Source: a virus
Lineage: Duplodnaviria; Caudoviricetes
Virus record (IMG/VR): IMGVR_UViG_3300002219_000849
Location: 1-52,376 of that record
Length of the DNA stretch: 52,376 bases
Reading direction: 5' to 3' (one strand)
Part shown: one piece after another, positions 8,693-18,112 of the stretch
Position numbering within the stretch: the stretch's first letter is position 1
Layout of the letters: the number at the start of each line of letters is the position of its first letter
Program-made: the position numbers and the translations under genes
Notes under the pieces: model-generated
Databases searched by the model: none
What the model was told of the DNA's origin: nothing
What the model saw: only the letters and a program-made list of their open reading frames with translations

Positions 8693-9850
8693 CTATCTAT
8701 CAAACAATTTTTTCGTTTGGTCAATCGATAAATGATTACTTAACTCAGTTTGAAACCTTGATTCTAATCTCTCCAGTATATCGCGCTTAAAGTCGTGTAC
8801 GTTCTTAAAAGCTTTATTTGATATAAACGCTTTTACTAAAGCCGCTTCTCGCATAGAAGTGACGAGTTTGATATTATTATTGTCAATATAATTAAAGACT
8901 TTTTGGATCGTTTTCCTTACCCATGAATAATCATCAGATAACAATTTAGGCAAATCATTATCACCATTTAAAGGCAGTACTTTTGATATTAGATTACCAT
9001 AAATACTAGCAATATTGTCAGCGAGTTGTACTTCTATTGTTCGCTTACTCTTAACAAAATCTATTTTTGTGGTATTCCAGTAGTGCTTAATATAGTCCTG
9101 CACGACCTCAATCTCATCATGAAAAACAACAATTTCATTATTGGATAAATCCTTTATATTATGCTTCATCATAAGGATGGTTTCACCAAGTGCAGTCAGA
9201 TTAACTATATTGTTTCTGTCGGATTTTTTTATACGTACATTTTCCGAAATTGTATCATATAAATATTCGACAAATTCCCCTCTATGTTCCAATCCTTCAA
9301 CCAATTGTGATATCTCCACAGCAATCATGGCTTCAAAAGGAGATGTAACACATTCTGCAAATTTATGAAGCTTAATATAGGCTACAAACTCTCTCAAATT
9401 TTCTATCGTATTATTTTTAGTAAGATTTATATATCTAGTCAGAAAATAATCATCAACCTTCATCAAAAACAACAAGAATTTATGATACATATTGAAATCA
9501 AAATCTCTGAGACCCATGAAGAACCAATTAAGAAATTGTGATACTAGAAAAAATTTCTTGTCGTATATTGTAACATAAATGTTGTTACCTTTTATAAAAG
9601 TTGAGATAAATTCTTCGAGTGCCGAATTGTTCTTTCGAGTCAACAGATCTGTACCTTTAATCTCATCCATTTCAACGCCATTGTTTACAAACTTATTCCA
9701 CTTATCTTTGAAACTCAAATATGATTGTGTTATCGATTTATCCTCTATATAACCGACTATAACAAAATATCTTTGTCCGAAATAATTAAGTTTATCCCCG
9801 TTAATACCTATTTCACCAGTATTACGAGATTCATCAAAATATATGTTCAT
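8693..9850 (-). CDS. DUF3800-family (RNase H-like fold) protein
   Basis: N-terminal IYFDES, EIKG, HDE and C-terminal VQLADNIAS motifs. Confidence 0.75.
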   Translation of the reverse strand: MNIYFDESRNTGEIGINGDKLNYFGQRYFVIVGYIEDKSITQSYLSFKDKWNKFVNNGVEMDEIKGTDLLTRKNNSALEEFISTFIKGNNIYVTIYDKKFFLVSQFLNWFFMGLRDFDFNMYHKFLLFLMKVDDYFLTRYINLTKNNTIENLREFVAYIKLHKFAECVTSPFEAMIAVEISQLVEGLEHRGEFVEYLYDTISENVRIKKSDRNNIVNLTALGETILMMKHNIKDLSNNEIVVFHDEIEVVQDYIKHYWNTTKIDFVKSKRTIEVQLADNIASIYGNLISKVLPLNGDNDLPKLLSDDYSWVRKTIQKVFNYIDNNNIKLVTSMREAALVKAFISNKAFKNVHDFKRDILERLESRFQTELSNHLSIDQTKKLFDR

Positions 9851-9858
9851 TGAAATAC

Positions 9859-10487
9859 CTACTTGATTATTGACTGAAAGTATATTGACGACAATATATC
9901 TTCCATTCTTCTATATAAAGCTTTATTACCAAAAGATGACGCAAATTGATCAACTGTTATTTTAAAGAAAGCGTATAAGATGGCTACTAATAAAATATAG
10001 ATATCATGAGCTGGAATCTTTCAGATGAGATTGTATTATCATCGAAAGAAAAGGCAACTATTGAAATTATTATAGCGACCAGACTTAGAAAGACTCCAGA
10101 TCCTATAATATTCCTTGGAACCAAAGTTTGATAATGTCTTATTGCTTCTAATACTTTAGGACGAGTATTAATACTATTCTTCTTACATATCTCTGCAAGT
10201 AGTTTAGCATCACGGGATTTTCTCTCATCAATATAGAATTGAATGTTTTTTTTGAATTTCCAATAATTAATTTTAGTATTACAATATTTTTTTACAAGAA
10301 AAAATATGTATGTATATTGGACAGGTACAATAACCAAAGTTAGTCCATAGCTATACCAGATGCTACCAAGAATTCCTGACAATAAAATTGATAGAATCGT
10401 GTAGCTAATTGATAGAAGTAAAATGAATGTCATATCCCTTTTATGCCATGAGTTTTTTTTAAAATCTTTTTCAATAATATAATACAT
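9859..10487 (-). pseudogene. Membrane protein interrupted by a 1-nt frameshift near 9992
   Basis: ORF 9987-10487 stops at MISIFY*; one extra T restores LLVAILYAFFKITVDQF...QSIIK*, ending 8 bp before the DUF3800 start. Confidence 0.65.
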
Positions 10488-10508
10488 AAGTTCACCCCCA
10501 AAAAATTA

Positions 10509-10973
10509 CTATACAAATACCTTATCCTTAATAACACTAGGAACTATTGTTTTTACTTCAAAAAACTCGAAAATCTTGTGATGTGTAAATCCAATCGCAT
10601 CGATTTCAATTTCTTGATTCAAATATGCTATGTCATCGATTTCATTATTATTTCCAGAAGGCTTAATATAGTTCAATGTTTCATACTCCCATTTGTCTAG
10701 AGTATCTGTTGACTCCATGGACTTGGTTCTAATACAATACCCCTGGTAAGCGTGTCTAGTTTCATGAAATGCTGTGATAATGACTTCAATCCATGGTGAT
10801 TTTTCGACCCATTCTTCATTAAATATGATTTCATCAGACTCGAAAAGATACATTCCAGTAATCTCTCTATTTGATACTTCTTCTGGATCAAAGAAGCTGA
10901 TCTGTGGTTCTGGTATATTTAAAATCTTAGCTACTATCTTTACGCCATTAATTGCTACTTCGTAATTATTCAT
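10509..10973 (-). CDS. HExxH metallopeptidase-like protein
   Basis: AFHETRHAYQ and YLNQEIEIDA (third ligand Glu) motifs. Confidence 0.75.
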   Translation of the reverse strand: MNNYEVAINGVKIVAKILNIPEPQISFFDPEEVSNREITGMYLFESDEIIFNEEWVEKSPWIEVIITAFHETRHAYQGYCIRTKSMESTDTLDKWEYETLNYIKPSGNNNEIDDIAYLNQEIEIDAIGFTHHKIFEFFEVKTIVPSVIKDKVFV

Positions 10974-10985
10974 GTTAACCTCGAA

Positions 10986-11046
10986 ATTTGTATAGTTTAA
11001 TTATAACATCACACTTAATAGAATAAAAATGAAAAATGACCACACC
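10986..11046. repeat. 61-bp direct repeat copy 1 (contains minus-strand extended -10 promoter)
   Basis: 59/61 identical to 11985-12045; TGTTATAAT on minus strand. Confidence 0.9.
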
Positions 11047-11296
11047 TTGGACCTCTATGTTGCATATATTGTTAGATTATCTTTTCTTATTTATCTGAGT
11101 TCATCGTCCTGTTTTGTTATGATGTGCCATTAATAAAAACTAGTTCTATGATATCTCCTTATATATTTGTGATATACAAGTTTTCATTGCCATTATAGTT
11201 CATACTTAAAAATGCTCCATCCACATCATAAGTAGAGTGTAACGAGATCCCATTACTTCTACTATCAGCTAAAAAATACAATTAATCAACCAAATC

Positions 11297-11977
11297 TTAA
11301 GAAGATTTATTCTTTATAGAACCACTTTCAATATATTTAGTTATCCATCTTCCAGAAAGTATCTCGTCATTTTTAGCATTCATTAAAATATACATTAAAT
11401 CTGGATCCATATATTCTGCGGTTGTCTGCTGCAACTCATTTTGGTATAGCTCCAACAGTTTTTCTGTATTCTCGTGTAATAACTTCTGACGATCACTTGC
11501 TACTCTATATATAGCATCAGATACCTTAAAAACTTTTTCTACAATATCAAGTAAACTTTTGTTTTCAAGCAACTGTCTATGCCCAACTTGATTGTTCATC
11601 TTCATACTATTTATAGGATTAAAATGACACACATAATTCCTATACTGCTTGATTTCTTCTATAACACTTGAATCACCGTCATAATATTTGTTCAACTCAC
11701 TTCTCGTTATTCCTCCATCATCCAAACATGTAGCTAAAGATACAACAAAATATGAAAAAACCATATAATGTTTGGATGTGTGTCCTTCCATTGTCATAGT
11801 TTTGTAAAAATGCTTATTTTTTTCTTTTTTAAGTTCCGATTCAAACATTTCTTTAAGTTGAAACATCCACACTACATTCCGAATAACTGTTAACATTTTT
11901 GATAGTTCATTAAATAGTCTATTTGATTCATTTTTAACATGTGTTATATACTTCTTGTCGATTTTTTCATCCCCCAT
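11297..11977 (-). CDS. Putative HEPN-domain protein
   Basis: Helical protein with YRNYVCH (RxxxxH). Confidence 0.55.
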   Translation of the reverse strand: MGDEKIDKKYITHVKNESNRLFNELSKMLTVIRNVVWMFQLKEMFESELKKEKNKHFYKTMTMEGHTSKHYMVFSYFVVSLATCLDDGGITRSELNKYYDGDSSVIEEIKQYRNYVCHFNPINSMKMNNQVGHRQLLENKSLLDIVEKVFKVSDAIYRVASDRQKLLHENTEKLLELYQNELQQTTAEYMDPDLMYILMNAKNDEILSGRWITKYIESGSIKNKSS

Positions 11978-11984
11978 CTCGTCG

Positions 11985-12045
11985 ATTTGTATAGTTTAAT
12001 TATAACATCACACTTAATAGAATAAAAATAAAAAATGACCATACC
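11985..12045. repeat. 61-bp direct repeat copy 2 (promoter)
   Basis: 59/61 identical to 10986-11046. Confidence 0.9.
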
Positions 12046-12069
12046 CGATTGAGAAATAAGGTATGGTCA
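12030..12069 (-). terminator. Late-operon terminator
   Basis: TGACCATACC...GGTATGGTCA stem with T run on minus strand, right after the 12074 stop. Confidence 0.75.
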
Positions 12070-12073
12070 ATTA

Positions 12074-12559
12074 CTATTTCTTTAGTTGTTCTTGTATAAT
12101 TTTCTCAGCTGCAGATAAAGTCGCCCTTCCCTGCATCTTATTGCTGAAGGAAATATAGTCATCAATGATCGCTTCTATCTTGGATTGATTGGTCTCGACA
12201 AACTCTACTGCTTTCTCAGTTGAACCTGTCAAATTGCTCACCCACTCGCTTAATCGTGATACAACAGCGAGTTTTTTATCATCTCCAATTAAATAGGCTT
12301 CACCTTTTTCTTTGGCAAGCCTATTCTTTTCCTCGACAATCATAATGAATTCTTTGATGGTTTTTTGAACACTTTCATCAAAGACAACTTCTTTTGCTTT
12401 GGTAACGAGTTCAGAAACATTCTCTGCAGTGTTCTTGAGGTCTTGCTTCACCTCTTTGATCACATCACTCAGTGATTGATCTTTACTCATCTTTGATGTA
12501 ACATAGAGAGCTAGTAACAAGAGTGACGCTATCAGTAATACGATTTCAAGTGTTGTCAT
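12074..12559 (-). CDS. Holin-like membrane-anchored protein
   Basis: Single N-terminal TM, helical body with GDDKK motif reminiscent of LL-H-type holins; lysis-module position. Confidence 0.5.
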   Translation of the reverse strand: MTTLEIVLLIASLLLLALYVTSKMSKDQSLSDVIKEVKQDLKNTAENVSELVTKAKEVVFDESVQKTIKEFIMIVEEKNRLAKEKGEAYLIGDDKKLAVVSRLSEWVSNLTGSTEKAVEFVETNQSKIEAIIDDYISFSNKMQGRATLSAAEKIIQEQLKK

Positions 12560-12872
12560 TTTCTTTTCCTCCTAGGCGTTTATAGATATTGACTTGCGAA
12601 TCCTCTAATCTGGATACCCGATGTTCTAAGACATTGACATCCTTTTTTAACGATTTGATATCTTGTGCGTGCATCTCTAATAGATTTAACATCTTGATGT
12701 TTTGCTTCTCTATCGTCTGAAGATTGGTGAGAATCTCATCGTTATTCGTTTTATTCTTTTGTTCCTGACGATTAAACTGCTTGATTGTCGTCATGATAAC
12801 AACTACCATGGTCACAACCCAATAAACCAGATTTTCCATTCTAAATAGACTGAGTAAGTTATCCCAGTTCAT
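12546..12872 (-). CDS. Holin-like single-TM coiled-coil protein
   Basis: One TM followed by a coiled coil (LEHRVSRLED); lysis-module position. Confidence 0.5.
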   Translation of the reverse strand: MNWDNLLSLFRMENLVYWVVTMVVVIMTTIKQFNRQEQKNKTNNDEILTNLQTIEKQNIKMLNLLEMHAQDIKSLKKDVNVLEHRVSRLEDSQVNIYKRLGGKENDNT

Positions 12873-13527
12873 TGCTAATCACCTTATTCCTGTAGTTTTC
12901 GATGTAATTCAGTGCTTCCCTTAATAGTGGCATGTATTCTTTACCTTTGTTGTTATTCCAGTTTTTCTTATATTCAATCATCATAGTGTACCAGGGCTCA
13001 GGGATAATATGCTCATATTTTCCGACTTGATCCACGTGATCCAATATGCCTCTTACCCTTAGAATGTGATAGTGTGACTTTTGAGGGTCTGGATAATCGA
13101 TACGCATTTGGTAGTGTTCAACAAAGCTTGATAAAAAAAGACCTAACTTGCTTGTTAAGTCTATGTTCTTATAGGCTTCGTATTCATCTTTGTAGTTTTC
13201 ATCTAAATAGATAAGATTATCTTTAGTTGATAAAACCTCATCAATATATGCACGATCATAAAGTGGAACAGATGGATCTAAGTTTTGTTTCTTTAGATAG
13301 ATGTCTCTGCCATAAGCAAAAATATCTAATTCACCCAAACTCAAATGAACGTTACCTTTGAATCCATCAAGTACTACCGTCACATCATCATCGCTATTTT
13401 CATCACTTATTCCAAAGGCTAAAGATCCACAGTAATAGATAAACATCACTATGGTGTTTGGAAACAAGCCTTGAACAATTTCTAGAATACTCTCTTTACT
13501 GCGGATTCTTGGTTTCACTTGGAGCAT
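12859..13527 (-). CDS. Predicted nucleotidyltransferase (pol-beta fold)
   Basis: YCGSLAFGISDENSDDDVTVV = GS..DxD motif, later LDIF. Confidence 0.75.
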   Translation of the reverse strand: MLQVKPRIRSKESILEIVQGLFPNTIVMFIYYCGSLAFGISDENSDDDVTVVLDGFKGNVHLSLGELDIFAYGRDIYLKKQNLDPSVPLYDRAYIDEVLSTKDNLIYLDENYKDEYEAYKNIDLTSKLGLFLSSFVEHYQMRIDYPDPQKSHYHILRVRGILDHVDQVGKYEHIIPEPWYTMMIEYKKNWNNNKGKEYMPLLREALNYIENYRNKVISNELG

Positions 13528-13831
13528 GAGCAGTCCCTTCTACCACATCAAAATCATCGAGTGAGTCATCGAATCCTACTACATTATCTTTTAACCATAA
13601 GTAACCTTGAGCAATTGGATTTGATTCAGCGAATAAACTAAAATCAGACTCCGGAACTTCGATGTCAATTTCTTCTAGAGGTGCATGACGATTGGCACGT
13701 GCTTCTTTGGATAGATAGGAAGCGACACAAACAACTGCTTTTTTTGATACATAGTTGATGTTAAATGCGGTAATACGGTGATAGGATAAAGCGACGCCAA
13801 ACTTAGATTGCATGTCTTTAATGATTGCCAT
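13496..13831 (-). CDS. Phage tail-associated hypothetical protein
   Basis: Position after tail fibre genes; YHRI..VASY motif. Confidence 0.55.
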   Translation of the reverse strand: MAIIKDMQSKFGVALSYHRITAFNINYVSKKAVVCVASYLSKEARANRHAPLEEIDIEVPESDFSLFAESNPIAQGYLWLKDNVVGFDDSLDDFDVVEGTAHAPSETKNPQ

Positions 13832-13837
13832 AATAAC

Positions 13838-14518
13838 CTACTTTCTCGCTGTGCGATAAATGGACACTGAAATGAGATCAGGTGATCCCAAGTCTAGTCC
13901 AGGATTAATTAAAAGATTTTGTGGAACTCCACCAATTGAATGTGCAAACTCAGTCATGGTGATGGATGCATTCGCTTGCCCAGTCACTGTCGTCACACTT
14001 CTACCTGTAGATAACCATTGTCTAACATCAGTAAATCCGGTTGAAAAAATGGGAGTAAGTTGAAAGGTAATCGTTTTAGATATTCCACTTGCAAGGGTTA
14101 TACCACTGGAATAACTATCCGGAATAGCAAGTGAGGTTGAACTGCCATTGAACATTTTTGTGACACCACTTGCCACATCGTTTGCATAGGTAGCAAGTGC
14201 AGAACCACTAATATTTGATAAACCCGATGTTCGATAGTTAATCGTAGTAGATGATGTATCTATTGTGCTTCCATAGGTAGTTGCTATCACCACAATCGTG
14301 TAAATGTATGCTGAGTTAAAAGCATAAGAAACGCTGATTGAGCTTGCTGCTGTTTCAATTGAATACACAAGTTCTAGTTCTCCACCTACCTTCACAACTG
14401 ACGTTGAATTTCGGGCGTAGAGGGCGTTGTTTGTATAGTCAAAGGCTAACTCGCCTACATACGCTAAGTTCGCTGTTGAAGGCTTTGTTGTGCCTCGTTT
14501 CACCCGAAGGATTGCCAT
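13838..14518 (-). CDS. Tail fibre/receptor-binding protein
   Basis: N-terminal ILRVKRG..GELAFD fibre-anchor motif; Ser/Thr-rich. Confidence 0.65.
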   Translation of the reverse strand: MAILRVKRGTTKPSTANLAYVGELAFDYTNNALYARNSTSVVKVGGELELVYSIETAASSISVSYAFNSAYIYTIVVIATTYGSTIDTSSTTINYRTSGLSNISGSALATYANDVASGVTKMFNGSSTSLAIPDSYSSGITLASGISKTITFQLTPIFSTGFTDVRQWLSTGRSVTTVTGQANASITMTEFAHSIGGVPQNLLINPGLDLGSPDLISVSIYRTARK

Positions 14519-15369
14519 TAGTAAGTACCACCATCAATGATGGATGAAGGCTGTAAAACCTTAGTCGTATCGATACCAATTGCATATTTAACAACACTTG
14601 GTGTGTAGTTCGAATCGATGTACTGATAAAGTTTTATCCCACCAGATAATACTGCAGCATCAAAGGCCGCTTGCGAAACCATGAATTCTGAGCCAGCACC
14701 TGAAAGAATTCGAGTATTCAGAACGTTAGCTAATATAGATTTTTGAGTTGTTGTTAAATGCACATCTGCAGCTACGTGAGCATTATACGTAGTTGTTGAA
14801 ACACCACCTAGTCCTGCAAGTGTAATGGTGACTGCACCAGTCGATCCGTTAACGCTTGTAACTGAATCTGTTGGTGTCAGTAATTCTTGCCAGTTAGCCA
14901 GAGTTGCATATCCAGTTGTTTTCAATATGAATGACTTATTAATGTCCGTTCTGACTGCAACGTCACCCTCTTGGGCATTTGACAAAGCTAACATCGCTGC
15001 TTGGCTTGCTACAACCCATGTGTTTGTTATAGCGACTTTCGGAATGACTGAATCTGCTAATTTGCCGTCAGCATCCAAAATCGGAATGTTTCCATTACCA
15101 GTGCCTGTATTCTTAGTTGCTGCAGTTCCTAAACCTAAAGCTGTGATTTTGGTATCGATTTGTGTATCGACTTTTGCTACACCAGGAATCTTTAAGTAAT
15201 CGGATTCAACAAGTGGGGTCCCTACTGATCCTGTCTTATCAGCCTTGGCGATGAATAGATGCTCGCCATTAAAATCGACTAGCGGTTCTCCAGCTTTAAT
15301 CGTTCCAGTACTTCCAGTAAGCGGACCAGTGCCAGCTGTTGTACGTCTTTTTATTTGAATAGTTGCCAT
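14518..15369 (-). CDS. Tail fibre protein
   Basis: MATIQIKR..GEP N-terminus, LGLGTAAT, AQEGDVAVRTD and VTSVNGSTGAVT repeats typical of fibres. Confidence 0.75.
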   Translation of the reverse strand: MATIQIKRRTTAGTGPLTGSTGTIKAGEPLVDFNGEHLFIAKADKTGSVGTPLVESDYLKIPGVAKVDTQIDTKITALGLGTAATKNTGTGNGNIPILDADGKLADSVIPKVAITNTWVVASQAAMLALSNAQEGDVAVRTDINKSFILKTTGYATLANWQELLTPTDSVTSVNGSTGAVTITLAGLGGVSTTTYNAHVAADVHLTTTQKSILANVLNTRILSGAGSEFMVSQAAFDAAVLSGGIKLYQYIDSNYTPSVVKYAIGIDTTKVLQPSSIIDGGTY

Positions 15370-15381
15370 GATAATTCCTCC

Positions 15382-16158
15382 TTATTTTTTAAGATATGCT
15401 TGTGTAACTCGATGTGTTGTATTACCCAATGACAAAGTGACGAGTCCATTTGAATAAGATATACCTAGTGAATAATCAGAGCCCGCGTATCTGTAGCTCA
15501 TGGACGAGTTCGAGCCAACGACAATAAATAGCTGATTAGTCGGTAGGCTCACCACAGTTGTGTTTTCAATGACAACATAGAGTATGCTTTCCATCAAAAT
15601 TGCAGAATTTACGTCACCAAAGCGATAAACACCATTACTAATCTTAGTTATCAACAACTTTTGTGGATAAAATCGATCGTTGACTTTTGCTTCAAGATCA
15701 CTGATTCGTTGTTTGTCTGATGTAATCGCACTTCTTTCAAAACCATTGATAAGGGTTACTGAAGTCGTTGTTTTAGAATATGCAGCTAATGCAAACTCAT
15801 AAAGCCCATCCGCATTCTGTAAATTGTTTTGGGTTAGAACAGGATATGTTCCAACTGCTTCTTTGATATAAATACTTACTGTGTTCGCTTGAGTGTCAAT
15901 CCCAAGAACTACATAGCCAAACTTGTTAGAATCTGGCGTGACTGAAACGGTAGTCATATTTTCCAGATAGATAATACGTCCATGAATGCTAACATAACCA
16001 TCCAAAAAAGTGATGGTATTATTGGCTAACGTGTAACTACATCCTGACTTAACGTTTCGTAAGATTCCAACGTCACTTGAAAATAAAAAATGATACAAGT
16101 CTGCATCGATTTTCGATGTGACATTTGCACCATCAAAGGTAATTTTTTGAACACCCAT
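15382..16158 (-). CDS. Baseplate upper protein-like
   Basis: Position; LTQNNL..GLYEFALA motif. Confidence 0.6.
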   Translation of the reverse strand: MGVQKITFDGANVTSKIDADLYHFLFSSDVGILRNVKSGCSYTLANNTITFLDGYVSIHGRIIYLENMTTVSVTPDSNKFGYVVLGIDTQANTVSIYIKEAVGTYPVLTQNNLQNADGLYEFALAAYSKTTTSVTLINGFERSAITSDKQRISDLEAKVNDRFYPQKLLITKISNGVYRFGDVNSAILMESILYVVIENTTVVSLPTNQLFIVVGSNSSMSYRYAGSDYSLGISYSNGLVTLSLGNTTHRVTQAYLKK

Positions 16159-17282
16159 TAAAATTCTCCTCCATCGAGATCAGTGATCCCAGTTGATTGT
16201 ATTGATATGTGACTCATTGCAGAGTTCACACTTTTGTTTAAAAGCTGGATTTTTTCGGTAAGTTTAATACGGTACTCTCCCAGTGTTACCATCGCCTTGT
16301 GAAAACCTTGACTAAACTTGATGCTTGTAACCACTGAATCATAGGTTTGTTCGTTGTTCACAAACTCTACAAAATCCCCAAGTTCGATATTTTTCATGGG
16401 TTGGAATACATCGTTGTCTGTTTTAATCGTGAAAGTAATGTTATGATCGAGCTTGGATGCGATCATCTCGGATCTTGCTTTAGTAAGTAAAGTCGGATAA
16501 TCATTATCCGTATAATAAAATGCCTTTGGTTTGACGCTCTTATACCTGTTCGGATGATGGATATCTTGTGTCAATTCTCCATTCGTTAACAAGTAATAGA
16601 CAAGTGTGTTTTTGAACAATACATTTTCTACTTTAGGGTAATATGTTAGTTTATTAACCATTTGACTTGAGCTATCATTTACAACTAAGTCTTGAATAGC
16701 TTGGTAATTATTCTTGAGTTTGATTCCTCTTTGAACCTCGCCAATTCGAAAGATTATGCCTGTAACTCTACCTCGTAGATAAACCGCTTCGGTTGTTAAT
16801 CTTAATCCATATGATTTGGTAATTAATTCCATAACCGATGCTAAGGACATGATTTTATCTGGTTCGAATGAAAGTTCACCTTGAACACTGGAACCACGCT
16901 CGATGGTTAGATAGCTTAAATTTTGAAGAGGGTCATTGCTTTGCTTGAAATTCCCAACGAGCATGTTCTCCAAGTATAGGCTTAAATCCCCAGTGTAACT
17001 TTCAACAGGAATATCGATCGAAAACATTTCTTTAAAATCCAAGACATGGACTGTTGTCCGATGCTTGTCAGCAACTTCTAATCTTTCTACAATCCCAATG
17101 TAATGAATTGGTGCATCTTTTAATATTACAATGTCACCAACTGATACGTTCAGCTTTGATTTATTGATTGTGAATAATGACTTTTGAATAATGACTAGGT
17201 CTAATGCAATTTCAAAATCCTTATCAACATAGCCATAGTCTTTGTAAGCCAAATTAAGTCTATCAAGGAATACAAGTTGCAT
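16158..17282 (-). CDS. Tail tip/baseplate hub protein (Tal/Gp37-like)
   Basis: Follows Dit; C-terminal ELGDFV..VTLGE motif. Confidence 0.7.
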   Translation of the reverse strand: MQLVFLDRLNLAYKDYGYVDKDFEIALDLVIIQKSLFTINKSKLNVSVGDIVILKDAPIHYIGIVERLEVADKHRTTVHVLDFKEMFSIDIPVESYTGDLSLYLENMLVGNFKQSNDPLQNLSYLTIERGSSVQGELSFEPDKIMSLASVMELITKSYGLRLTTEAVYLRGRVTGIIFRIGEVQRGIKLKNNYQAIQDLVVNDSSSQMVNKLTYYPKVENVLFKNTLVYYLLTNGELTQDIHHPNRYKSVKPKAFYYTDNDYPTLLTKARSEMIASKLDHNITFTIKTDNDVFQPMKNIELGDFVEFVNNEQTYDSVVTSIKFSQGFHKAMVTLGEYRIKLTEKIQLLNKSVNSAMSHISIQSTGITDLDGGEF

Positions 17283-17284
17283 AC

Positions 17285-18112
17285 TTATACCCCCAGATAG
17301 CCTTCATAAATTGTTATTCTGCATGTGGTGAGATTTGCTACACCTGGCCTAAACTCAATTTCATACTCGCCAGGTTCAACAAATAAAAAATTGTCGCAAG
17401 TGAAATCTTGTAGTCCATAGATGGAAACAATCTCACCGTTGTCTATCTTTCGAATGAATTGTTTATTTGGAACAGCAGACGCATGAATCTCACCACTGTT
17501 TTGACTATGAAACAATCTTAACATAGTGATGATTTTACTGCCTTTTCTGATAATGACTTCAGGCTCATCTACCGCACCCATGATTTCAATCAAAAGTGGC
17601 GCTTTAAAAATACCACGATTAATGATTTGAATTTTACCTTCATAAAATGCTGAATAGGTATATGGATAACTGTATGGATAAACTTTGCCTAAGGTAGACT
17701 CGTTAACCTCAATGGTATATGTCTGTGTTTTGAGCCATAAAGATAATTTTTGAAACACAATCTGACAACTTAATGCACCTGCAATAAGTTCTTGTTTTGA
17801 AACTGATTTAATGTCAATAAAACAAAAAGCGGAATCATCCGCTTCATAGTAAAGTTTGAGTTCTTTTTCTCCAAGTTTTAGATAGTTCATCAGTTCTGTA
17901 TAACCTGGATACCCTTTTAGAAATGTAAGGGTTGCTTGTATTTCTGTCAATCCTTGTGACTGATCAACCCGATCATGGAGATAATCGTATTTCAAATAGG
18001 TGAGTTCTTGAGTAAACCCAAGACCGCTGATGTTATGAATCAGGCAACCACTACGATAATCGAAATAAAACCTATTCCCAGAAGGATTTTCAAGATAGAT
18101 TTTTCTTATCAT
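17285..18112 (-). CDS. Distal tail protein (Dit)
   Basis: Directly after the tape measure gene; YPYSYPYTY and FVEPGEYEI motifs. Confidence 0.75.
   Translation of the reverse strand: MIRKIYLENPSGNRFYFDYRSGCLIHNISGLGFTQELTYLKYDYLHDRVDQSQGLTEIQATLTFLKGYPGYTELMNYLKLGEKELKLYYEADDSAFCFIDIKSVSKQELIAGALSCQIVFQKLSLWLKTQTYTIEVNESTLGKVYPYSYPYTYSAFYEGKIQIINRGIFKAPLLIEIMGAVDEPEVIIRKGSKIITMLRLFHSQNSGEIHASAVPNKQFIRKIDNGEIVSIYGLQDFTCDNFLFVEPGEYEIEFRPGVANLTTCRITIYEGYLGV

Noticed and set aside
11047-11296. Possible small ORF or RNA antitoxin downstream of the HEPN gene
   Set aside because: Reading frames are interrupted by stops and I could not find repeats or a convincing structure
13838-15369. Diversity-generating retroelement targeting the tail fibres
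   Set aside because: No reverse transcriptase and no template/variable repeat pair seen
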